Shown here: piece after piece, positions 27,201 to 39,200 of the stretch | Layout of the letters: every line of letters begins with the position of its first letter | Numbering within the stretch: position 1 is the first letter of the stretch | Assembly (NCBI GenBank): GCA_965649765.1 | Contig: OZ287753.1 | Location: 63,922,001 to 63,986,000 of the forward strand | DNA length: 64,000 nucleotides | Direction of reading: 5' to 3' | Source: Bispira polyomma | Lineage: Eukaryota | Program-made: the position numbers and the translations under genes | Notes under the pieces: model-generated | Databases searched by the model: none | Told to the model about the DNA's origin: nothing | The model's input: the letters and a program-made list of their open reading frames with translations, nothing else

Positions 27201-30200
27201 TGGTGAGAAATAGTATTATTGAGGACTTAATATTCCAAGTGAACACAATAGAAACTCTTGAGAACAAAATCAAAGTGGTTTTTGTCATTGGACAGGTGAT
27301 ACAAATATTCCTGTAAGAAGGATTATTTATTACTCAGGACTTGAGTTCTTCTTCAAAGCCATTTTTGAGATCTTTTTCAACGATTTAAAGACTTATTAAA
27401 GATGACCCCCAGAAATGAAGTGGGGACAGATCATTGGCATATCAAAGTGGTCAAGTAGTTACAGGTGAACTTCTCTTGGAAAAAGACTAAAATATCACTT
27501 TGATCAAGCAAGGCCAATTAATGATCAAGCAAGGCCAATCAATTTAAACATTTATAGGGAATTTTTTATTTCTGTCAATAACATCAGTGGACCTCAGAGG
27601 ACACATCCAGATTTGTACAGGTTATAACAGGTACTGTATTCTCAATTATAGATGAGATGTATGGCTCTTAAAAATCTTTATTAATAAGAACTTTGCACAG
27701 GGAGCAAAAGGTCAGACATCTTTATATTATTAATAGTGTTACAAAAATGGAAAAGTTTATTTAGTCTAGATATTTTTCCTTGACATTAGAGCATAGGTTG
27801 TTTTAAATTGTAGGTGAAATTCTAAACCCGAACATAACCACAACTTAAGGAATAATATTGCTTCATAAAAAAGGGTTGGCCGTCATAAGGGACTAGTTGG
27901 TTTTATTAAGCCCTAAGGTTATAGCTTGCGAATTGTAGAAGTTGAATAAGGGCAAATGTGTAGATGGCAAGGTCAGGGTAGAGCGATTTGTTTATAGAGC
28001 CATTTCTGTCGGTAAAGACCTAGTATTGTAGTCAGCCAAACACACTTAACAGACAATTGCTAAAGTGTGTGTATGTGTCTGTTAGTAAGAGTAAACGATG
28101 AAAGCCTTGCCTTCTTTATAATGTATATATATTTCATATAATAATCAAACTTAGACACACTTTGTCAGCTCTGTAAGAATAATAATAATACTTGCTAATA
28201 TAGTTGACTCACAGGGAGAGATCTAAAGATCTGTGCACATTTGTGGTATTAGTTCTTTATTCCTATTACTTTATTACCCCCCCCCCCAAAAAAAAAAAAA
28301 AAAGGACACGTTTCAAAACGGTTAATATAATAAATTAGATAAATACCATTATGGATTAAAAGAGTAGGAGGGAGGGGTCGGAAATTCCGTGAGTTCTCAA
28401 AATCAAAAGAATGTTAAGTGGGACAATTTGCTGTTAATCTTAAAACTTGCTGAGTGTCTTTTTGCTTCTAATTGTTGTTGTTATATGTATGTATCTCTTA
28501 TATACAAGTAATGTCGAGAGAAGAATGTTGATGCACACACACACAGTTCGAGCTTTGTTTGGTACTCCTCCGAGTGTGCCCAGGGTGGGGGACAGCCTTG
28601 TGTGGCTAGTTGTAGTAGTAAGCAAATCCTTTTTAGAAATGACAATATTTAGATAAAACATTATATGAACAGACAAGGGTAGAACCTTTACCCTCACAAG
28701 GTCTCTAGGTACACACTGGATGCTCGTATAATAACCGGGCCAGGTCACAGAATTGAACTCTACTAAAAGTCATGTTATATAGTGTAAGGAATCTATAAAA
28801 TTTGCCACCTAGAAAATGTGTTTTTGGTTAGAATTTGGGGTAATATTTGCTGAAATTGAGATTTTTGTGACCATTTTGCCTTGTTTACCTAAATTCCATT
28901 TTTTTTTCGCCTAGTTTTTTTATTGATTTGGCTAAAATTTTAGGGGAAGGTGAATTTCAGATACAGTGGCAAATTTTAGATTTCTTATTTTCGATTTGAA
29001 GTAACTTAAATTCTTAGAAATTATTTGGTAAAACAGATTTAATTCAAAGAATATGAATTAAAGTATAGCAGAAAAATATCTACATTTCAATGTACAGAAA
29101 TCTGCAGTGATTGGTATGATGAAATGATTAGTATTATGAGTTTTTCCATTGTTCATGAACATTTTCTAAAACATTAAAAACTAGCAGTATAACAAGTGAG
29201 AACATCTCAATATCAGAGACGTTAAAAAGTTAGCTTAGTTTATAAAAAAAACCATAAGAGTTATGTCAACTATTCCCTGTAGTAATGTATGTAATTTATA
29301 ACATTATTGTCAGACTATCATTATACATCATACATATTTAGTTCTGTCTCCATGTTACCCCCGTGGATGAAGGAATTATCTTTGAATGTACATAAGTATA
29401 GTTCACTGTAAATATGATCAAAGTATTTAAGATTATAACATACATTTGGTGCCAGACGTTTGCGTTTTTTTAACAAATTATCAGTTAAGGTATTAAGAGT
29501 GCAGAAAATTACTGACAGAAATTATCTTAGTGTATTATTTTGTGACTCCTCAAAGACTGGTGATGGAACATATACTGTAAATTCTGAAAATCCTTATCGT
29601 CTCTAAAATAAAAGCATTTATGATTAATATTTCTAAATTCCTAACCTTTGGTCACCTATATTTAGATATGTGTCTTATAGCTAATTCTTAAATATGATTA
29701 TTTATAGAAAAAATATGTTAAGCAATTTATAAAGAATTTACAGTATATTAATATTTTGTTCAAAATCAATTAGAGCTTGATGATTTTATAATCCATGTAT
29801 AAAGTTGCAGAGATGTGCTATTATATACTTTATATTCTGACTGTCAATTTTAATACAAATATGTATTTTAATTTACCATTAGTAAGCAATAGGAGTTTTG
29901 TCTATATTATTTTTGTTTATTTTTATGTCTTTTGTTTAGTTTTGATTTTCTCATTTCTTTATTTTCATATTATTTTGTTAAAGAAAACATTTACTGTTAT
30001 CAAAAATTGACTTATTATTTCTATACCAACTAGATAGCAGGTGTTCTAAAAAACCTATATATATAAATATCATTGCACACAGTATATGCAACTGTTGCTA
30101 TATATATAATTTATAAAAAAGATATGTCACCTTGTGGGGACCTTTATGGCCTGACCCTTGCTATACAGTAGAACCTCTATAATCCAAATTTCTATTATCT

Positions 30201-33200
30201 GAAAACTTGATTGTATGAACACATTTCAACTATTATCCTTAATTTGGATTTCCCCATTCTTTTATTGAGTAATGCCTCTTCTATTTTACAAATTTTCTTT
30301 TATCCAAACTATATCTTGGCTGTCTCAACATGTTCAGATAAAAGAAGTTTTACTGTATTGACCTGCTTCTGTATAGGAAATGAGTTACCTCTTTGTCTGG
30401 CTCTATATATACATATCTTTACTATAGAAGTAGAAATTTTAGCTGGAAGAAAATTGGACTAATTTACACGGCAAAAGAAAATCACGGCAATATTTTTCAC
30501 CGCTGGCTGTTTCTTTGTACAAAAATTTATACAAATTAAGATTTTCACTATTTTTACTCATTAGTTGAAAGAACTACAATAAATTCCAAGTGAAATTTCA
30601 ATTTGTATAAATTTTTATACTAAAAAATGAGCCGCCAGTAGTAAAAGTTGATTACAGAAAAGTCATACTTATATATATACTACATACAATATTATGACTA
30701 CAACTAATTGTCATTTATTTCTCTATTCTTATCTGCCCCTATCAGCCTGTGAGTGTCATCCTGTGGGCGCCCTGGGTAAGATGTGTAACCAGACGACCGG
30801 TCAGTGTCAGTGTAAAGATGGTGTGACAGGACCCACTTGTAACAGATGTAAGCCTGGCTGGCACCAGAGTCGCTCTCCAATACAGCCCTGTGTCAGTAAG
30901 TACACACACACTACTTCTTATACACTCTCTCCCTCATCCATGCCTTACTGTTTGACCTTGCCACATATAGTGTGCCTTTGACCTTTGTGATGGCCTCCTG
31001 ACAGTGTGAGTATCACATGTTTCCAGTCGGAAATTTACAAACGTAAAAAAAAGGAATTTTTGGGAGAAATTTGCTTGACACACTATCCATTTTGGAAACC
31101 AGATTAGTAGTTTTTTTGGTATGCTGTATATGTCCCATATATTATTATACAACACCTTGTATTTAACCTTTTTGGGGGTAAGAGAATTGTGTCAGTTCAA
31201 ACTATACTGGGGTATTTGAGTAGTATTTAAGTGCCGAGGCATCTGGCCCCAAAAAGATGAAATACGGTTTGTGATTTGTGAAGACCTTGCTGCCCCAGTA
31301 TCAAGTTTAAACTTTGTTATCTGTGTGTATAATGTATAAATGTTGTACAATTGCACCTTATTTTACAGTTGAGTAATTCAGTTGTTTTATACATGTTGTT
31401 AAATATTTCATAGTCTTCCTAAGTTTTACTGCTACAATTTCAACCAGCAACTTTTTCCATGATTATAAAAAAAATGAATCGACAGACTCCGTAAATAATG
31501 GTTTGATATTTAAGTTTTATCTGCATATTAAAAAATATTTCAAATCGTTGTACTGCATTGCAGTTCAATTTAATCTCAATGTTGAATGTTTAATATTTAA
31601 TATTTATAGTTAAATTAAGTGCAAATCCTTGGTGTTTTAAACACAGATCTTCTACTATATTCAATAGGTTTAACAAAATGCTGGCAGAAGTGGTCTCTTA
31701 ATTAAGTATATAGTATATAAAAGTCAGAGTTAATCATATAAATAATGTATAAACTGTATAGTGTTAGAAAGTATTGCTTTGCCTGTATGTGCTTTTTTTT
31801 GCAGTCATTTATCTGTAATTATTGATTGTTTGCATGCTTCTTGCTAATTCTGATATTTTTTCTGTATATTTGTTTATAGAAAAGCAGTTTTTTCCCCCTT
31901 TTATTTCCTTGTATAAATATGATGCATTATAGATTAGCATGGAGAAACCGGTATTGTTTGCCCCTTGCTGTTGTTTTCTCACTGGTTCTACAACTACTCC
32001 TTTACTCACCATTATACAAATGAAAGTTTCAGTAAGAGATAACAATGCTCAATTATATGACCATTAATGTCACAAATAATTTAACACCCCCATGAAGAGT
32101 CCTGGTCCAAATAAGTAATGTACCAAATTATTACATTACCATTGTTTTCTTGTGTTTTTTTGTCAAATAAAAGTCATCAGTCTGGAAAGGTTTAATTTAT
32201 ATTATAAATACCAATTTATTCACTAATAAAAAACGATGTTTTATGGGGAAAACACTACAAGATATTCATTGTAAAATGGTGTTTGGAGTAAACTGTTTTA
32301 TAACAAGGAGATAAGTTCAGTGTTTTTTTTGTTGATCCCATATACACATACATGTATTTTTTTAATTTTTTTTTATAAAAGATGAGTTTCAGTTGATTAT
32401 GAGTTGCTTTGTAAATACCCAATTTTTAAGTGTTTTCTTTTGTTCCTTTGCTTATAAAACCTTATATATGTATTGGATTATTGAAATATCTCATTATGCT
32501 TAAAACTGTTGTCAAAATGATGAATCATTACTTTATATTGGTGTTGTTTGCTTATCTTTTATAGACGATCTATCTATATCCTCATGGCTTTAAAAGTTGG
32601 GAATTTAATGAATTTTAAGCAGAGATCTTTCATAAATACAAAATATTGCAAGTGACTATTTGATTTTCATTGTTTTGTCTGTGTATGTATGTACATGTAC
32701 AATGTGTTTTTACCCCAGCTGTCATTTAATACTGTACAGTGGAACTACTGTTATCAAAACTGGTAAATCTGTTCAGATAATAGAATGTTCATCAAATAGA
32801 AAAGGTATAGAAGTGTCACTCACTAGAAACATCTACATTATATTTGATTGAAATAGAGTTAATAAAATTGAAGATTCACAAAATAGATTCTTAAATGTAG
32901 AAATAAAGTTCAAGGGCGAGTACTTTATTGGAGAATCAAGGACTGACTTACGGCGGAATAATGGACGAGGGCCGGCAGGCCCGAGTCCATTATGCTGGAA
33001 GGCTGTCCTTGATTCTCCAATAAAGTACGAGCCCGTGTACTTTATTTCTATTATAAAGACTGACAATAATATTTTTAAACCAAATAATAAGATATTTCCC
33101 AATTTACTGTGAACTATTTTTGTAGCTACTGACGGAACTATTTTGCCGTGATCTATTCTCCCAGATAAAGTACGGCTACGAATTGCGCAGTGACGGCTTT

Positions 33201-36200
33201 TGTGTTCTATGCGCATTTCCGGTCTTTGTAATAGATGATAGAGGATCTATTGTTGTATGTTGATTGTGAGGTATATTGTTATTAACGCTTAGCAGAGAAA
33301 TGATTACATGCTATACATGTGTATATATATATATATATATATACATGTATACAATGTAATCTTTAGGCAGTTTTGGCCAGTTGAGATGTGACAGTGTTTA
33401 AAATTTGATACAAATGATGACTTAGAATGTGTGTCAACACCCCAAAACTAGTGACCTTAACTTTTCATTATATATCATATAATTTTGGAAGTTGATACAT
33501 TTTGATCTTAGTTTGACCTTGGGAGTTGTTTTTAGAGGTTAAAATATATGACCCTCATGTATATGTGCTTTCAGTACCTCTGGGTTGGTTTTTTTTACAA
33601 AGATTCTTACACTTATATAAGAGTATTAGTGTCTAATGTCATGGTTCTGATCCAAATGTTTGAAAGAAGCAATGCAGTTGGCCAAAAACAAAAAAAATTC
33701 TATGATAACAGTGTAAGAATGTTTGTGAATATGGCCCTCCTAATATGGTGCTAATTTATTTATTAACAACGGTGAAGGTGTTCAAGTACCTGTATATTTC
33801 TTTTTTAAGTTCTTTTGAAGTTTCTGTTTCTTATGCTCAGCTTCCGTTTTAGCACATCCTGTCCAAGTACAAGTAAAGACATGCTTTTCTTGTAGCTCTG
33901 TATGTTGCATTGACTATTCACAAAAATGTCCTTTGTGGAGGTCACTTTTTTGTGGTAGATTGTTACAAAGATTTCGGGACAAACATTGTTTTGTTTTTTG
34001 TACAAAGAGGCAAATATATTTGTTTAAATGACAATTGCTAGCTCATTACTTTCTGGAAACTCTACAAGATCTTCTGGCATTCATGTGGCAAGGATTTTTT
34101 TTGTATTCAGTCACCAAACTTTCACTGCACCCAAAGGTGAAGAACATTCACAATGATCTCCCTAAATTGTGACTTTTGCTTTCAATTTTTAACAGAAAGT
34201 TTTAAATTTTACTTGGTCAAAAAGGAGTCAACATTCAAAAAAAATCCTTGCCTCTTCCGAACTTATAGCATGGATACCTTGTTCTTACCTAAGGCAGTGT
34301 TTTGATTTTAGGGCAATTTTATTTGTTTACAAAATACAACAAAAAAATATTCCCAATACGCATGGCTGTTTCTACTCACACTACACGTTTCAAAGGTAAG
34401 CGGCTTCCACTTTTGATTTTTTTTTGTCTTTTAGTTTGATTTCGTTTAGTTTACTAACTCCTCACTTTAAGCAGAGTAAGTTTATACTGGTACATTCTAA
34501 AAGCTGGGGCTTTCCAGGTAGTCCTACAGAAGATATGGGTACCACAGGACATTCTACGAAAGTGACTGGACCAACACTTTACCCTTTCCCTATTTCTTCT
34601 AAAGGTAAGTCTCATCACACCACCCATACACACAGCCACTCACACACACATATACATATACACTGGGGTTGGCCTTTCTATTGACAACACTGAAGATAAG
34701 TAAAATCTAGAGATATAGATCTCTTGCCTTTTAGATATACATTGTAAGTCTATTGCTGTTTTCAGTCATAGGTCCTTCCATAAGCATTCTGACGAAATCA
34801 TTTATTTTTATGGCACTAAATCTTCCTCGAAGTCCTCAATCAGAAACAAAACGTATTGGTCCTGGGTCAAACACTGGTTGTTTCTCTAAATACGGGTGTG
34901 TTCCAAAAATGAAGTGAAGAAATACTATGGTTTTTTATATGTTCAACAATCTGTGATTTAACCTGATAGCGAGTCTTCTATTATTGCACATATATGTTTC
35001 CCTTACTTAAATGAAGTAGGGCCTACACCTTCGCTCTATATACATTGTACATGTGAAAGGGTTTCCTTGAATTAGAATTTTGTTTAAAAAGTCATATTAA
35101 TATTTAGGTGTGACAGTGAAACAGCCATGCATTTCCCCTGTTACTTCGCTTCTTTTAAGAGTAGAAATACCATACTATACTGGTAAACTTTCTTTAAGTA
35201 CACGTATTACTAAAAAGGTTATAGATGTATTTGTCCGTTAATTTGATCATTTAGATACACGAAAAGAATGTGCAGCTAGGCTGGGAGTTATTGCACAAGT
35301 ATTTAGTAATGGACTATATAATTCAATTATTTCATATTTGTCTCTTTGTCCGATTTACTGATTCTTACTCTCTTTTTTGTGTAGTAAAAGGTTGAATTCT
35401 ACCACCTATATTTGAATACAATCAATGATGAGTATGCCATTAATACAACAATGATTTTCTTTATTATTACAGATGCTTTGGTGCTGTATGCAGATGTTCA
35501 TAGTCATAACAAAAACTAACTGTATTAAGTTTTATTTATCGTAATAATTAATCTTCACAGATTTCTAATTAAATGTTTCATCCGTTTCAGGACCCGACCC
35601 TGAGCCAACTCCACCTAAAGAACCTACATCGACACCTGGTAAGTTTTTATGTATAAACGTTTAGTAATCATTTAATTCTTCCATTTTTCCAAATAAACTA
35701 CAGGAGATCCTCTTTAACTGGAACCAGTGTTAGTCAAATTGGTACTTTGGGATTGAAATAAGTTGCAGTTTGTATATGAATCAGAATAAAAATGATTTAG
35801 GGATCTAACTATCATGTGAATAATAACCCCCCCAAAAAATCGAATTTATTTCATTAGAAAAACACCACTGACTCAGTTTTAAAACAAAAAGATAAAAACA
35901 GAAATAAACATTCTTTCTCTGTGTAACCTTTAACAAAAATCCGCATTACACCAAGTTCCCAAATCTGGCGTGCTATCAGGCCTTTTTCTAATTATCCGTT
36001 GATACCCAAGAGAAGACTCCCAAGATTCACACGGTGGCTCCTTTTAATCCAAAAATCCATTTTTCACAGCCATTAGAAACAAGTTTTCTCCATTAGTTAT
36101 TCTGGGACACATTCCTTTACGCAATTTATCTCTGATTTTCCGGAATACCCCAAAATTACAGTCTGCAAGAAGGAATTACCATTGGTGGTGGGTGTTAGTG

Positions 36201-39200
36201 ACAACGCTTTGTTTGTGGTCACCCCCTGTGAATCCACAACCCTCCCCAACCATCTGCTCTTGTATTTGAAGCACCATCACTATCATCACAGTAAGAATTC
36301 CAACTTGAAGTCAAGCCATCTTCTTGACTTCAAAATCATATGTTGATCACTACTGTAACTGCTGTCAGATGCATCCATTTGAATTGCTGTATATTTAAAG
36401 TCATATTGTAGTTCATTTGACATTAATCTACCCTTGAGTTCTATATGTCACCCCTTATTTATACCAGACACTAGGCCTGGTTTATGTAATAAAAAAACTC
36501 AAACACAAATTGTTGAAAGACTGATGCATACTTAACTAACGTGTGAATAATCCAAGGACTGCACATTCCGATACACAGAACACAATTCCCTTCGTTCCAC
36601 CAACAGTCCAATTTCTAATACAAGACCCAAAGAAGGAAAAAAAAAGAAAGCGTTTTTCACAATCTACTGGCCAGAAAAACTGATGGAGCCCATGAGGCTT
36701 TACATTTCATTGTGAGTTAGAATTGTGTGGCTGTCAATAGAGATGGGGTGTTTTAGAGGGATCATATGAACCCCCTCCCCCCCTCATAAGATACCTTTAG
36801 AGACTTCACTTGACTCATCTGTCTGGATCAGTTAAATCTTTGATAACTGTGCATGTTCTGGTCTGTCTGAAAACAAAGTGACTGTTCTTATAGTGACTCT
36901 CTAGTTATAGAATGTATCAAATTTGCTTGAAACAAAAAAAGTAAGCATCTAAGAATCTTATAGTGACTCTCTAGTTATAGTACAGCAGTATAGCGCATGG
37001 TTTAGAAATCTTCTAATTTTCATAGTCTCAGCCAATTAAATTCTTTTAAACAATATTTTTAGCCAATCAAATTGCTTGAGACAAATAATTTAAGACAAAG
37101 AATCTTTGTGAGGCAACAAGGTGAATAAGGTCTCACAATGTTATCATTTTTCTCACTTCGTATATAATGTCATATCTCACGCAGTGATGAAGCTTTCCTT
37201 CTTCAGGAAATGTTTTTAAACAAATGGAACAACTTACAAGAAATACAATTAAGATATATGAGGCAATATAGTTTGTTTTTGTGAAGAGCTGTATATTTTT
37301 AAATATATATGTAGGTGTACCTATAAAGTACAGATGAGATATAAATCACTAAAAATATTGTTCAAAAGAGTAAACAAAAAGATAACATTTCATTAGCTGA
37401 ATGCATGTACATATGTGTATGTGTATCAAAAATATTTAAATACACAGTAAATAAACCAAATTACAAAACACTTTTTTTTTTTTAAGTTCACTTTTTTCAA
37501 GGAAAAGTTCGACCCGTGTCATCTTTATTGTTAAAATTTAAAATGTATACCTAACAAATCTAATGTACAAAAGCTACCTTCAGCAATCAGCCAGAGGCCA
37601 TTTTTAGTCTGCGAGACATTCAAAGGCCCCTGGGTGGTCAGAGCTCATGTTTGAAGCTAAATAGACAGGGAAAACAAAGTGCAACAAGGTGGAAAAAAGC
37701 AAGCACATCCTCAGTCTTTTAGTGATTGTGTGCGTTGACCAACTCTGGGTCTGTAAGTGCACAAAAACCCACTTTTCTTGATTCCATTTCCACCTGAATG
37801 GGGAACACCCACTGTCTGATAAGTATTGAATAAGATACAAGCAAATGACAGAGTAATTGTCAATTTTCCAACTCACTGGCCTCAAAGGACTGAAGTGTCA
37901 AAGTGTGAAACAATTTGTTACTAAAGGATGAGGGGGGAGGTGGAGAATGGCTTGATAAAAGAACTTACAAAAGAAGGGAACTGATACACAAATCACCACC
38001 TTTTTTTCTGTCTTGCTCCTTGGCTTTTCAGATAATGGAGTGGGAGAATGATATCTTTGCCACACAAATTTGTTGCGGTTTCAGGGACTTTCTTGATGAT
38101 ATATATTTTTTTAATTTTATCATTGTCATCAAAAAGCAGAATATATTACATTGGGAATACGTCCTTCAAACTGCTTTTTTCTCATGCAAATGACTTTTTT
38201 TTCTTCGTCTCCTATTTTTTATTGTATTTATATGAGTGATTTAAGAGGTTGAATCAGGATATATATTATGTACATCTATCATATTAGTGAAGACGTGTTC
38301 TTTGCCAGACAGACACACAAAAAACACATGACCGGGTGTGAAATAAAATAGCAGTTTTATAGAAGAAATTAGAACACCCTTCAAAAGAGGCCACCCTGCC
38401 TTTTTATTAACACAGGTGTTGTTTGCTATTTAGTGATTTTGACAAAATGTCTTTGAGGCACAACAAGAAAAAAAAGGGTTAGGGGTCTTCCAGTAACACA
38501 TTACCTGTAAAATTCACCATAAATGTGTCCCAAGCTGGGTTTATCAAAATACTTGACATAAGCCTGACAGATTGGTTTACTACTGGGGGTATAGTGCAAT
38601 ATTCCACCCCATGATGTATCTTGAGACGTAGGTAGGGCCTTTTTGGTGTCTCAAATCTTGACATTAGAGATGTATGAAAGAAAAGTCACTTATCAAATTC
38701 TAAGGTTCTTTTTCCACATTTGAATAGAATAGAATAGTAAGATCCCTTTCAAATATAGCAGCCACAGTAAAAAGCATAAAATCAAATCATTGTGGCAAAA
38801 GGTTTTTTAGATATGCAGTTCTCTCATAAACCATTAAAACACTTGGAAGTATTTAACCATCTATTGTCTATTTTGTATTTAATTGTATCAAAAGGTTTTA
38901 TATTATATTGTACTTCAGAGTTTACCATTTTTAGAAGTGTGGCAAAACTTAGGTACTACAATGAGAAACTTTACAATTTAAGTGCCGTTCAATATATCCG
39001 GTTTTCTAGTATGTTGCAAGAATATGTGTGCTGATAAAAGTCACATCGGTTCAGTGTACTTTTAATGAATGGGAGGGAATCAAAAAATTATACTATTTTA
39101 TTTTAAAAACACTGGAAACAGCATAATGCCGATTTGATCGAGTACCTCAAACACATTATTGTGTGTATTTTAAGAAAACAATTGATAAAAATTATGGCCA

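Noticed and set aside
36886-36980. 25-bp direct repeat tcttatagtgactctctagttatag with a 45-bp spacer (CRISPR-like look)
   Set aside because: Only two units in a eukaryotic intron with no cas genes; a local duplication.
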